Source: an uncultured Dehalococcoidia bacterium
GTDB taxonomy: Bacteria > Chloroflexota > Dehalococcoidia > Lucifugimonadales > UBA3495
Direction: 5' to 3'
Length of the DNA stretch: 64,000 bases
Assembly (NCBI GenBank): GCA_958296385.1
Contig: OY282494.1
Coordinates: 415,416 to 479,415 of the forward strand
In this document: piece after piece, positions 1 to 9,169 of the stretch
Layout of the letters: each line of letters opens with the position of its first letter
How positions within the stretch are numbered: the stretch's first letter is position 1
Notes under the pieces: generated by a model
Told to the model about the DNA's origin: nothing
What the model saw: the letters and a program-made list of their open reading frames with translations, nothing else
The model's database searches: none
Made by a program: the position numbers and the translations under genes

Positions 1-1
1 G

Positions 2-772
2 GAGGCCCTGGACATCGCCCTGCTGTCCTGGCGCGTGGCCGAAGACCCCCGGGTTTTCCTGCCCATGGCCATATCCTGCGACGGCTCATTCCTCACCCAC
101 TCCCAGGCCATCGTGAACGTGCCCACGCAGGAGCAGGTTGACCGTTTCCTGCCGCAGTACGACCGGGGCCGCCTGCTGCTGCACCCCGACAACCCCATCA
201 CCGTCGCCCCTCAGGTCAATGAGGACTGGCTGATGGAGATTCGCCGCCAGACCGACGACGCCATGCGCCGCACGTCCGACGTGATTCGCGAAGCCTACGA
301 CGAGTTCAAGCAGCTCTTTGGCCGGGGCGACGACAGCCCGTTCATTGAGGAATACATGACCGACGATGCCGACATCGTGCTGGTCGGTATGGGGACGCTG
401 GCCATGCCGGTGCGCGTTGCCGTCCGCCGGATGCGCGAGCAGGGCCGGAAAGTCGGCTTTGTCCGCGTCAAGTTTTTCCGCCCCTTTGCCACCGACGAAG
501 TGCGCGAGGCGCTCAGCCACTGCAAGGCCGTCGGCGTCATCGACCGCGATTACTCATACGGCTCGCCCTCTTACGGCGGCGTGCTGTTCAACGAAATCCG
601 CTCCGCTCTGTACACGCTGGACAACCGCCCGCTGGTGCAGAGTTTCATCGCCGGCCTCGGCGGTCGCGAGGTTCTGGTGCGCGACGTCGAGGAAATGACG
701 GCGATGGTTCAAGATTCCATCAATTCCGGCAAAGTTGCCGCAGAGAACACCTGGATTGGCGTCCGGGAGTAG
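2..772 (+). CDS. 2-oxoacid(pyruvate):ferredoxin oxidoreductase alpha subunit, C-terminal portion (gene begins upstream of window)
   Basis: The frame is open from nt 2 (EALDIALLSWRVAEDPRVFLPMAISCDGSFLTHS...). It has a PFOR/KOR alpha-type C-terminal domain (VLVGMGTLAMPVRVAVRRMREQGRKVGFVRVKFFRPF). The TPP-binding beta subunit follows 14 nt later. Confidence 0.8.
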   Translation, partial: EALDIALLSWRVAEDPRVFLPMAISCDGSFLTHSQAIVNVPTQEQVDRFLPQYDRGRLLLHPDNPITVAPQVNEDWLMEIRRQTDDAMRRTSDVIREAYDEFKQLFGRGDDSPFIEEYMTDDADIVLVGMGTLAMPVRVAVRRMREQGRKVGFVRVKFFRPFATDEVREALSHCKAVGVIDRDYSYGSPSYGGVLFNEIRSALYTLDNRPLVQSFIAGLGGREVLVRDVEEMTAMVQDSINSGKVAAENTWIGVRE

Positions 773-785
773 GAGGGCTGCACTA

Positions 786-1784
786 ATGACAACCATGACG
801 CAAGACCTCCCGCAGGTGCGGGGAGTAAAACAAATTCCGGTGTACGAGGGGTTCACCTCCGGACACCGCACTTGCCAGGGCTGCGAATCCGCCCTGGTCA
901 TGCGCCTGATGATTAAGGCCGCCGGCCCGCGCACCATCGTCGTGGGCAGCACCGGCTGTATGTACGTGGCCAACACCACCTACTACAGCACCCCCTGGGT
1001 CGTGCCGTGGATGCACACCCAGCTCGGCTCCAGCGGCTCCGCCGCCACCGGCACCGCCGCCGGCCTCGCCTCCCTCATGCGCAAGGGCAAGATGCAGGAG
1101 GAACCCATCAACGTCATCGCTTTCTGCGGCGACGGCGGCGGCGTGGACATGGGCCTGTCCGCTATCTCGGCGGCCCTCCAGCACGACGAGTACAACCTGC
1201 TCATCCTCTGCTACGACAACGAGTCCTACGCCAACACCGACATCCAGGTGTCCGGTTCCAGCCCCTGGGGGGCCAACTCCACCTTCTCCCCGCCGGGCAA
1301 AGTGCATCGCATCATGAATCGGCGCTGGAAGAAGAACACCGTCCCCATGCTGGCCGCCGGCCACCCCGACGTGCGCTACGTAGCCACCGCCTGCGGTTCC
1401 TACGGCCCCGATTTCACCAACAAAATCCGCCGCGCGCTCACCATCGGCGGCCCCACTTTCATCCACAGCATCGACCCCTGCCCCAAAGGATGGGACTACG
1501 ACCCCAAGTATTCCCACGAGCTGGGAATGTTGGCCGTGGAAACCGGCATCTGGGTGCAGTACGAAATCGTGGACGGCGAGCTTATCCTCAACGGCCCGTC
1601 CCGGGCCATCGCCCGCGGCATCCGCAAGCGCAAGCCCGTAACCGACTACCTGCAACGCCAGGGCCGTTTCGCGCACCTGACCGAGGAAGACCTGAACTTT
1701 TTCCAGGAACGCATCGACGAAACCTGGGACAAGTGGTGGATACCCGGCGTCGTGCCCTTTGGCCCCCAGGAAGAAGGCGGCTAG
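786..1784 (+). CDS. 2-oxoacid:ferredoxin oxidoreductase beta subunit (TPP-binding)
   Basis: Motifs CQGCESALVMRL, GSTGCMYV, CGDGGGVDMGLSAISAA and YDNESYANT are present. ATG 786 lies 9 nt after AGGAGG (771-776). The track ORF start at 735 overlaps the alpha subunit and was trimmed. Confidence 0.85.
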   Translation: MTTMTQDLPQVRGVKQIPVYEGFTSGHRTCQGCESALVMRLMIKAAGPRTIVVGSTGCMYVANTTYYSTPWVVPWMHTQLGSSGSAATGTAAGLASLMRKGKMQEEPINVIAFCGDGGGVDMGLSAISAALQHDEYNLLILCYDNESYANTDIQVSGSSPWGANSTFSPPGKVHRIMNRRWKKNTVPMLAAGHPDVRYVATACGSYGPDFTNKIRRALTIGGPTFIHSIDPCPKGWDYDPKYSHELGMLAVETGIWVQYEIVDGELILNGPSRAIARGIRKRKPVTDYLQRQGRFAHLTEEDLNFFQERIDETWDKWWIPGVVPFGPQEEGG

Positions 1785-2003
1785 GCTTTCCGGGGTTCCA
1801 TCCCGACTTTGGCAATCCGTCTCGCCCGGAACTCATTAGCCCGGAACCCCTTAGCGCAGGACTCCGCGATGCCCCGGCATCCGGTATCCTGCGCTAAATG
1901 TTGTCCGGCGCTGGGATAGACTTTCGCATCATTACAACTTGCATTACAATCGGGGCATTGTGTGTTACACTTGTCCGGCAATTTAGACACACCGAGGGAG
2001 ATA

Positions 2004-2507
2004 ATGGTTAGAGTTACTTTCACAGTTGACGGGGACGCTGAAGAAGTGATTGACGCCATCCGCCGTTTGGCCGGCGGCAGTGGCAGCAGTCTGCCCGCCC
2101 TGGCCGCCAGCGACAGCGTCGTTGACGAGGCGCCGGCCCCGGCGCCGGCCGAAGCAGAACCGGCCCCGCCGCCGCCGCCGGTTGAGGAACCCGAAGTTCC
2201 GGAGGGCACCTGGACCATCGACCACGTGCGCACCCTGTGGGGAATGTTGGCCCCGGCGGCCCGCGACATCTACCGCCAGGTCGCCCAAAGCAGCGGCTAC
2301 ATCATGTCCCGCGAATCCCTGCTGGACGCCATGGGCCTTACGTCCCGGGAACTGTCCGGCCGCCTCTCATCCCAGGGACACGCCATCCGCCGCCTGCGCC
2401 GCCATCACAACGTGTCGCTGCCCCACCCCCTGTCCTTCGACGCCCAAACGGAAGAGTACCGGATGCGGCCCGACGTCGCCGGCCCAATCATTCAATTGAA
2501 TCTGTAG
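2004..2507 (+). CDS. hypothetical protein (small N-domain, Pro/Ala-rich linker, C-terminal possible winged-helix-like domain)
   Basis: ORF with ATG 2004 preceded by GAGGGAG. It has a low-complexity linker (APAPAPAEAEPAPPPPPVEEPE). No family was recognised. Confidence 0.5.
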   Translation: MVRVTFTVDGDAEEVIDAIRRLAGGSGSSLPALAASDSVVDEAPAPAPAEAEPAPPPPPVEEPEVPEGTWTIDHVRTLWGMLAPAARDIYRQVAQSSGYIMSRESLLDAMGLTSRELSGRLSSQGHAIRRLRRHHNVSLPHPLSFDAQTEEYRMRPDVAGPIIQLNL

Positions 2508-2589
2508 CCGCCGGTGAACCTGTAACCCCCGGCCGGCGCACTTGGCCGGATACGACAGCGGGCGACGACACTGCCGCAAGGAGGCAGCA

Positions 2590-3711
2590 ATGCGACTTGA
2601 CCCCATCAATCTGTACGACTACGAGGCCAGAGCCCGGCAGGTGCTCCCCCACAACAACTGGGAGTTCATCGAGGCCGGCTCAATGGACGAGATTACCACC
2701 GCGCGCAACCGCTCCGCCTTTGAGGCCCTCACCCTGCGCCCCCGGTTTATGCGCGACACCACCGAGCGCAAAATCTCCACCACCGTGCTGGGCCAGGACA
2801 TCAGCTTTCCCGTGATGATTGCGCCCACCGGCGGCCACGGCAACGCCCACCCGGACGCCGAGTGCGCCACCGCCCGCGGCGCCGGTATGTCCAACACCCT
2901 GATGATGTGCAGCACGTCATCCAATTGCAGCATGGAGGAAATCGCCGCCGCCGGCTCCGGCCCCCTCTGGTTCCAGCTCTACCACCGGGGCTATGACCTT
3001 ACCGAGAATCTGGTCAAGCGCGCCGAAGCCGCCGGTTTCCGGGCCATCGTCCTCACCGTCGATACCCCCGTTCCCAGCCCCAAAGAGCGCGACGTCCGCA
3101 ACCGCTACGAGCGCCCCGGCGAGTTGGGCAACTTCCGGGAGCAGCAAGACCGCCTTGACGCCGTAAGCGGCACCGACGAATCCCCCCGCTGGGATATGCC
3201 CCAATCCCCCTCGCTAACCTGGCAAGAACTGGACTGGCTGCGCGGCCTCACCAACCTCCCCCTGGTGCTGAAAGGCGTCCGCGTCGCCGAGGATGCCCGC
3301 GTTGCCGTTGACCACGGCGTAGATGGCATACTCGTTTCCACCCACGGCGGCCGCCAGCTCGACAGCACCATGTCCAGCATCGAGATGGTGCCGGAGATTG
3401 TCGCAGCCTGCGGCGGCAAGGCCGAAGTGTACGTTGACTCCGGCGTGCGCCGGGGCAGCGACGTGCTCAAGGCCCTGGCCTTGGGCGCCACCGCCGTAGC
3501 CGTCGGCCGCCCCCTTTACTGGGGCCTGGCCGTCAACGGCGCCGAGGGCGTCCACCATATGCTGGAACTGCTCCGCGAGGAGTTCAACCGCGCCATGGCC
3601 TACTGCGGCCAGAACAGCGTTGACGAACTCGAGGAACGCCTCATCAACGTCCCCCGCGAGTGGGGCCCCTTCCGCACCGAGAACGACATCGCCGAACATC
3701 TGCCGTTCTAG
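2590..3711 (+). CDS. FMN-dependent alpha-hydroxy acid dehydrogenase (L-lactate dehydrogenase/glycolate oxidase family)
   Basis: The N-terminus (INLYDYEARARQVLP...WEFIEAGSMDEITTARNRSAFEALTLRPRFMRD) and the motifs VDGILVSTHGGRQLD and DSGVRRGSDVLKALALGA fit the family. ATG 2590 follows AGGAGG. Confidence 0.85.
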   Translation: MRLDPINLYDYEARARQVLPHNNWEFIEAGSMDEITTARNRSAFEALTLRPRFMRDTTERKISTTVLGQDISFPVMIAPTGGHGNAHPDAECATARGAGMSNTLMMCSTSSNCSMEEIAAAGSGPLWFQLYHRGYDLTENLVKRAEAAGFRAIVLTVDTPVPSPKERDVRNRYERPGELGNFREQQDRLDAVSGTDESPRWDMPQSPSLTWQELDWLRGLTNLPLVLKGVRVAEDARVAVDHGVDGILVSTHGGRQLDSTMSSIEMVPEIVAACGGKAEVYVDSGVRRGSDVLKALALGATAVAVGRPLYWGLAVNGAEGVHHMLELLREEFNRAMAYCGQNSVDELEERLINVPREWGPFRTENDIAEHLPF

Positions 3712-3735
3712 CGTCCGGCCCCATTCGGCAACGCC

Positions 3736-3768
3736 AAAGGCCGTCGGGAAACCCCGGCGGCCTTTTTA
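3736..3768 (+). terminator. rho-independent terminator after the hydroxyacid dehydrogenase gene
   Basis: GGCCGTCGGG (3739-3748) pairs with CCC(C)GGCGGCC (3752-3762), giving 10 bp with one bulge and an AAA loop. The stem is followed by TTTTT (3763-3767). It lies between convergent genes. Confidence 0.7.
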
Positions 3769-3801
3769 TCTTGTCATTCGCAGCCTTTGTGACTAACGGA
3801 T

Positions 3802-4623
3802 TTAGTCGTCGGCCGCCATTCCCGATTTCAGACTTATCCGGGCTATGAACCCGCTGAGCAAGTCGTTAAACACGGCGGCCTGCTCAAAGTGCGTAGAATG
3901 TGCCGCCCCCGGCACCACCTCAAACTGGCTGCCCGGTATCAGCCGGTGCACCGCCTCAATCACGTTGACGGGAAAGATTTTGTCCTCCTCGCCCACCACC
4001 AGCAGCAGGGGCGCCGCCAACCGCGCCAAAGCATCCCCCTGCGGCCCGTCCTCATTCCGAAACAGCCCGGATACCACGTCAACCGGCATAACCGGGTTCA
4101 GCCGCCCAATTGAGCCAAACAGAAACGTCAGCTCCGGCTGGCCGGCGATAAACCCGTCGCTCAGCGCCCGCCGCAAGGGATCATCCGGCGGGCTAACGTC
4201 GTGCAGCAAATGCACCACCGACGCATCGCCGATGCCGCCCGTAGTATCGGCCAGCGCCAATCCCCGCGCCAGCCCCGGCCGGTCCAGCGCCGCCCCCAGG
4301 CAGGTAACGCCCCCCATCGACTGCCCCACCAGCGTTGCCGACTCAACCCCCAGATAATCCAGCAGCGCCAGCAAATCCGCCACAAAAACCGCCGGTTCCG
4401 GCGCCCCGCCCGCCCCGGCCGTCAGCCCCCAACCCCGGTGGTCAAAGGTAATGCAGCGGTAATCGTGCCGAAAGACGGCAACCTGCTGCCACCAGCTCAG
4501 ATGGTTGCCCCCCCGCCCGTGGGCAAACACCATCGCCGGCCCCTCCCCATGGCTTTCGTAGAACATTTCCGTACCGTTGATTGGAGCGTAAGGCATTTTT
4601 GGCATCTCCGGCCGATTTGACAT
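3802..4623 (-). CDS. alpha/beta-fold hydrolase
   Basis: It has an HGRGGNH oxyanion region and a GQSMGG nucleophile elbow. An alternative start at MPYAPING (nt 4596) has a better-placed GGAG. Confidence 0.75.
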   Translation of the reverse strand: MSNRPEMPKMPYAPINGTEMFYESHGEGPAMVFAHGRGGNHLSWWQQVAVFRHDYRCITFDHRGWGLTAGAGGAPEPAVFVADLLALLDYLGVESATLVGQSMGGVTCLGAALDRPGLARGLALADTTGGIGDASVVHLLHDVSPPDDPLRRALSDGFIAGQPELTFLFGSIGRLNPVMPVDVVSGLFRNEDGPQGDALARLAAPLLLVVGEEDKIFPVNVIEAVHRLIPGSQFEVVPGAAHSTHFEQAAVFNDLLSGFIARISLKSGMAADD

Positions 4624-4668
4624 AACTGATTGTTTCAGGTTTCTTGACGTTCTCTATCGGATTGCCGC

Positions 4669-5322
4669 CTAAACCGGCCATTGTTCCCGCCGGTAAGCCG
4701 CATCCCAAAACATATACTCGTACCGGCTGCTGATGACGAAAGCCTGCCGCATCGCCTCCCGTTCCTGCTCCCCCACCCGTTCCGCCATCTCGTCCACAAA
4801 CCCCCGCCACGCGTCCACGCTGGATTGCAGAAACCCCTCCACGTAAAACCGCGTCCACTGCCCGTAAAGCGGGTGTTCCGACTGCCCCACTTCATCCTTC
4901 AGCAGATGATACGTCCACGGACAGGGCAGCAGCGCCGCCGCCGTCGGCCCCAGCCCGTGCATTGACGCCGTCACCAGCATATGGTTGACATAAGCCGTGT
5001 TAGTCGGCGAGCGCGGCGTACTCTCCACGTCCGCCATGCTCAGCCCGGCCGCCTCAATCAACTGCTGATGCAATGGCCGCTCCACCGGCGTCATCACCCG
5101 GTGTGCCAGTTCCTGCAACAACGCCCCGTCCGGCGACTTGGCCAGTGCGATGGCAACCGTCCGCCCAAACCCCTCCAGGTAATGGTAATCCTGCCCCAGG
5201 TAGTATTGAAACGTCTCCGGCGGCAGCGTCCCGTCCTTGATGGCGGCCAGAAAAGGATGCGCGAATATCGCCGCCCAGATTGGCTGCGTTTCATCTCGAA
5301 GCTGCTGGCTGAAGCTCGCCAT
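4669..5322 (-). CDS. tenA: TenA-family aminopyrimidine aminohydrolase (thiaminase II)
   Basis: The sequence WAAIFAHPFLAAIKDGTLPPETFQYYLGQDYHYLEGF is typical of TenA/PqqC-like proteins. GGAGAGG lies upstream of the ATG. Confidence 0.8.
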   Translation of the reverse strand: MASFSQQLRDETQPIWAAIFAHPFLAAIKDGTLPPETFQYYLGQDYHYLEGFGRTVAIALAKSPDGALLQELAHRVMTPVERPLHQQLIEAAGLSMADVESTPRSPTNTAYVNHMLVTASMHGLGPTAAALLPCPWTYHLLKDEVGQSEHPLYGQWTRFYVEGFLQSSVDAWRGFVDEMAERVGEQEREAMRQAFVISSRYEYMFWDAAYRREQWPV

Positions 5323-5365
5323 TTTGTCCTCTCCAACTATCCGGTAACGTCGTCAGACAACATTA

Positions 5366-6115
5366 TTAAGGAACGTCGTTGATGTACACCAGCGCCGCTT
5401 GCGATGCGTACTCACATCCAAACGCCTGCCCTACGGTACGCGCGTGCATCGTCAAAAACTCAAACGGCCCCTCCCCAACGTCCCCCAGGTTGGCCAGATA
5501 AGCCTTGTGCTCCCGCAGCGACGCCATCCCGATTTCCCAATACTCCGATACATCGACGGCGTGCGTAGGATTGGTGGCCCCGAACACCGATACAAACCGA
5601 ACGTCGTTCCAGGGTTCCAGCCCCTCGTCCAGCAGCTCCGGAAAAATCCAGCGATTGCCGGCGTCCCGGGCCGCGTCGCAAACCGCCAGGCCCACCCACC
5701 GATGGTCGGCCATGTTCAGATGCCCGGTGGCGAATTGCAGCTCGTGGTTAATCGTAATCAGCACCTCCGGACGGTAGCGCCGGATGACCCGGCTCAAGTC
5801 CCGGCGCAGCGGCAAGCCGTACTCCACCACGCCGTCCACGTGCTCCAGAAACTCCACCGTTTCCACGCCAACCACCCGCGCGCTGTTGATTTCCTCCTGC
5901 GCCCGCAGCGGCCCAACCTCGGCCGGCGCCATACTGTCAATGCCCGCCTCGCCTTTGGTAACCATCACGTACACCACCCGCTTGCCCTGCGCCGTCCACC
6001 TGGCCACCGCGCTGGCCGCGCCGTACTCCATATCGTCCGGGTGCGCGACAATAGCAAGGGCGGTTTGCCAGTCTTCCGGCACCGTAGCCAAACGGGGCGG
6101 CGTAGGTCTCAGCAT
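5366..6115 (-). CDS. PIG-L/LmbE-family deacetylase
   Basis: It carries AIVAHPDDMEYGAASAV...VTKGEAG, the signature of PIG-L N-acetylglucosaminyl deacetylases. Confidence 0.8.
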   Translation of the reverse strand: MLRPTPPRLATVPEDWQTALAIVAHPDDMEYGAASAVARWTAQGKRVVYVMVTKGEAGIDSMAPAEVGPLRAQEEINSARVVGVETVEFLEHVDGVVEYGLPLRRDLSRVIRRYRPEVLITINHELQFATGHLNMADHRWVGLAVCDAARDAGNRWIFPELLDEGLEPWNDVRFVSVFGATNPTHAVDVSEYWEIGMASLREHKAYLANLGDVGEGPFEFLTMHARTVGQAFGCEYASQAALVYINDVP

Positions 6116-6178
6116 AGTGCGGTTCCTCCGGCATCAAGTCAAAGCCGGCTGGCATCGCCGCCCGGCCCGTCCATATTA

Positions 6179-7009
6179 TCAGAGTGTGCGCGGGCTGGGC
6201 ACTTTGACGACGGCATAAGCATCGGCGGCCAATTTACCCCGCGCGTCCAGTATTGGAGCGGTAATCTGATACGTCGCAACCCCCCGCGCGTCCGCATCGT
6301 GCCCGATAACCACCCCCTCGCCGGTCAACACGTCACCGGCCCGTACTGATCGCCGAAACCCAACGGCCAACCGCCCGCCCCACCGGAAATCGTCGCCAAA
6401 CCAGCGCCCCAAAGCACCCTCCAGCCACCCCGACACCAGCGCCGGCATCATCCCATCGCCGCCCACCACGCCCGACATTGCGCCGCCCAGCCTTTCCAGA
6501 TTCAACAACCCCTCGCCGCCCGGCAGCGCAAACGTCCCCAACGGCACCCGGTCACCCGCAACCGCCCCCGCAGCGTCCCCGACACCCTCGCAAGACGTCG
6601 CCGGTTCCGGCCCCCCTTGACCATCAGCCGCCGCATCAACCGTTCCAACGACAAAAACCGCCTCCGAACGCAGTATCTCGGTGCCGATTTCGTCCACCGC
6701 AAACGCCGCCACCCGCAGCCGGATTCCATCGTCTCGTTCCCCCAATTCCCGCAGCCACCCGCCAACCTGTATGCGCCGCCCCAGAACCGGCGGACGCAAA
6801 AACTCGTGCCGCTGCCAGATAGTAACCAGCGGCAAAGCCCCGCACCGTCCCAACACCAGCGCGCGGCAATCATCCGCAACCAGATTCGGATAGACGGCAT
6901 CCGCCCCCGCCAGCCGCCGGTAGTCATCCAAGACCCGCCCGTCAACCGGATACTCCAGATTGCCCAGCTGCTCACCGGCCCGCAGCCCCAGCCGCGTTGT
7001 ATTCGCCAT
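6179..7009 (-). CDS. putative double hotdog-fold (MaoC-dehydratase-like) protein
   Basis: Two hotdog-like halves are apparent (..GGWLRELGERDDGIRLRVAAFAVDE.. and ..GDVLTGEGVVIGHDADARGVATYQITAPILD..). The assignment is by resemblance only. Confidence 0.45.
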   Translation of the reverse strand: MANTTRLGLRAGEQLGNLEYPVDGRVLDDYRRLAGADAVYPNLVADDCRALVLGRCGALPLVTIWQRHEFLRPPVLGRRIQVGGWLRELGERDDGIRLRVAAFAVDEIGTEILRSEAVFVVGTVDAAADGQGGPEPATSCEGVGDAAGAVAGDRVPLGTFALPGGEGLLNLERLGGAMSGVVGGDGMMPALVSGWLEGALGRWFGDDFRWGGRLAVGFRRSVRAGDVLTGEGVVIGHDADARGVATYQITAPILDARGKLAADAYAVVKVPSPRTL

Positions 7010-7014
7010 CCCGT

Positions 7015-8061
7015 TTATTCCGCCCCGCCGGTGCGCCGGGCGTACTCGTCCAAGTCTGCGCTGGCGGCCGTTTCGTCCCCCGCCCCCCGGTTCGCCAGCC
7101 CCCGCCCCCGGTAGGCGTCGTCAAGTCCGGGGTTCAACTCAATTGCGGTACTGAACGCAGTCACCGCATCCCCATACTGCCCCAGCGCCGCCCGCGCGTT
7201 GCCCAGTGCAAGCCACGCCCCGGCCAGCCCGCCATCCCGCTCAATCGCAACGCCATACTGGACGATGGCCTCGGCGTGCCGCCCCAGGTCCGCCAGCGCC
7301 ACGCCCCAATTGTGATACAGCGCAGCCGTGTCCATCCCGCCGGATTGCGCCGCCTCAAAATCACCGATTGCCCCGGCCGGATCGCCGTCGTTGCGCCGCG
7401 CAATCCCCCGGTTATACCACGCGTTGGCAAAGCCCGGCGCCAGCGTAATCGCAACGTCGTAATCGTCGATCGCCGCCGCGTAATCCCGCAAGTCGCTGTG
7501 CAGATTGCCCCGCGCGTAGCGATAATCCGCATCGCCCGGACGCAGCTCGATTGCCCGGTCGTAGTAGCTAAGCGCCGCCTCTCTGTCCCCGGTATCCCGG
7601 TGAGCGATGCCCAGATTATAATTGGCGTTGGAGTGTTCCGGGTTGATGCGGACGCAGGCCAGAAAATCGCCGATTGCCGCCTCGTAGCGCCCCAGCGATA
7701 TGCGCGCCACCCCCCGCGCGTAGTAATAATCGGCGTCGTCCGGTTCCAGCTCAATAGCGGCGGTGTAGTCGCTGATGGCGTCCTCGTAGTAGCCCAGATG
7801 CCGTCGCACCACGCCTCGCGCGTAGTACGGCACCGGATACTGCGGGTCGGCCAGTATCGCCCGCGTGTAGTCGGCAACCGCCCGCGTCAGATCGCCGCCG
7901 TTGCGATACGCCAGCCCCCGGTAGTAATACGCCGGCGCAAAATCATCGTTCAGCGCCAGCGCCCGGTCAAAATCCTGCACCGCCGCCGCCAGCTGCCCCG
8001 CCTGCAACGCCAGCTGCCCCCGCGCCGTGTAGTGAAACTCCGTTGGCAATTCGCTCTGCAT
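7015..8061 (-). CDS. tetratricopeptide-repeat protein
   Basis: About 9 consecutive 34-aa repeats of the form A..Y.RG.A....G....AI.D...AI.L.P. The stop lies 5 nt from the start of the hotdog gene, so the two are probably co-transcribed. Confidence 0.85.
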   Translation of the reverse strand: MQSELPTEFHYTARGQLALQAGQLAAAVQDFDRALALNDDFAPAYYYRGLAYRNGGDLTRAVADYTRAILADPQYPVPYYARGVVRRHLGYYEDAISDYTAAIELEPDDADYYYARGVARISLGRYEAAIGDFLACVRINPEHSNANYNLGIAHRDTGDREAALSYYDRAIELRPGDADYRYARGNLHSDLRDYAAAIDDYDVAITLAPGFANAWYNRGIARRNDGDPAGAIGDFEAAQSGGMDTAALYHNWGVALADLGRHAEAIVQYGVAIERDGGLAGAWLALGNARAALGQYGDAVTAFSTAIELNPGLDDAYRGRGLANRGAGDETAASADLDEYARRTGGAE

Positions 8062-8100
8062 TTCTTTTTCGGTTTCCCGCCGCCGCCCGCCCCGGCCGCG

Positions 8101-8559
8101 CTAAAGGTTAGCCTGGTATAGGTCGTATTCCGATTGCGCCATCCCCAGCGATTCGTAGGTCTGCTTGGCCACCGTGTTGTTGCCCATCACGTGCAGGCGC
8201 ATATACCGGACGTTGCCCTGCTGCGCCGCCATCTCCTGCAAGCGGCCGTACAGCCGCCGGTAGATCCCCCGCCGCCGGTAGCCCGCCTTGACGTACACCG
8301 ACTGTACCCACCAGATCCACCCGTCCCGCCAGTCCAGCCATTCGCAAGTAACCGTCAGATGGCCCACGGGCGCCCCGTCCGCCTCGGCAATCAGGTAAAA
8401 CGCCAGCGACGCATCGGCCAATGCCGCCCGCACCCCGGCTTTAACTACGGCCTCATCCAGCCTGACGTTCTCCGATTCCAGCGTCAGCGCCACGTTGAAC
8501 CCGGCGATGGCATCAGCGTCAGCGGCGTTGGCCGGCCGAATCGTTATTGCACTGCTCAT
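8101..8559 (-). CDS. GNAT-family N-acetyltransferase (paralog 1)
   Basis: It has the acetyl-CoA-binding core VYVKAGYRRRGIYRRLYGRLQEMAAQQG. The start was trimmed to ATG 8559 (MSSAITIRPANAADAD). Confidence 0.8.
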   Translation of the reverse strand: MSSAITIRPANAADADAIAGFNVALTLESENVRLDEAVVKAGVRAALADASLAFYLIAEADGAPVGHLTVTCEWLDWRDGWIWWVQSVYVKAGYRRRGIYRRLYGRLQEMAAQQGNVRYMRLHVMGNNTVAKQTYESLGMAQSEYDLYQANL

Positions 8560-8578
8560 ATCCGCTCTCAGACCGGCG

Positions 8579-9040
8579 CTAAAAATCCGTCTGGTAAAGG
8601 TCGTATTCCGAGTGCGCCATCCCCAGCGATTCGTAGGTTCGCTTGGCAACGGCGTTGTCCCGCATCACGTACAGCCGCATCCCCCGCACGTTCCCCTGCT
8701 GCGCCGCCATTTCCTGCAAGTGGCCGTACAGCCGCCGGTAAATCCCCCGCCGCCGGTAGCCCGCCTTGACGTACACCGACTGCACCCACCAGATCCACCC
8801 GTCCCGCCAGTCGCTCCACTCAAACGTAACCATCAGCTGCCCCACCGGCGCCCCGTCCGCCTCCGCAATCAGGTAAAACGCCAGCGACGCGTCCGCCAGC
8901 GCCGCCCGCACCCCGGCTTTCAGTACGTCCTGGTCCAGCGTAACGTCCTCCGATTCCAGCGCCATCACCGAGTTAAACTCAGCGATAGTATCAACGTCGG
9001 CGGCGTTAGCCGGGCGAATAGTTAGCGGGCTGTCGTTCAT
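8579..9040 (-). CDS. GNAT-family N-acetyltransferase (paralog 2)
   Basis: It is near-identical to paralog 1 across the central and C-terminal blocks. ATG 9040 (MNDSPLTIRPANAADVD) is preceded by a GAGGGGA-like RBS. Confidence 0.8.
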   Translation of the reverse strand: MNDSPLTIRPANAADVDTIAEFNSVMALESEDVTLDQDVLKAGVRAALADASLAFYLIAEADGAPVGQLMVTFEWSDWRDGWIWWVQSVYVKAGYRRRGIYRRLYGHLQEMAAQQGNVRGMRLYVMRDNAVAKRTYESLGMAHSEYDLYQTDF

Positions 9041-9169
9041 ATCCCCTCTGGCGCCGTTGGCGTTGCGCGTTGCGCGTTTGCGGATTGACACCGGATTTTA
9101 GGCGCCTGCGCTATAATAGGCAATCTTACCACCCAACTACCCGCTGCGCCTTTTTACAGGAGATGTCTC

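Noticed and set aside
9085-9117. A perfect TTGACA (9085-9090) and perfect TATAAT (9112-9117) upstream of the M20 peptidase gene, read as a consensus promoter
   Set aside because: The hexamers are separated by 21 nt, well outside the usual 16-18-nt spacing. The -10 box may still function on its own, but the pair should not be scored as a consensus promoter without experimental 5' ends.
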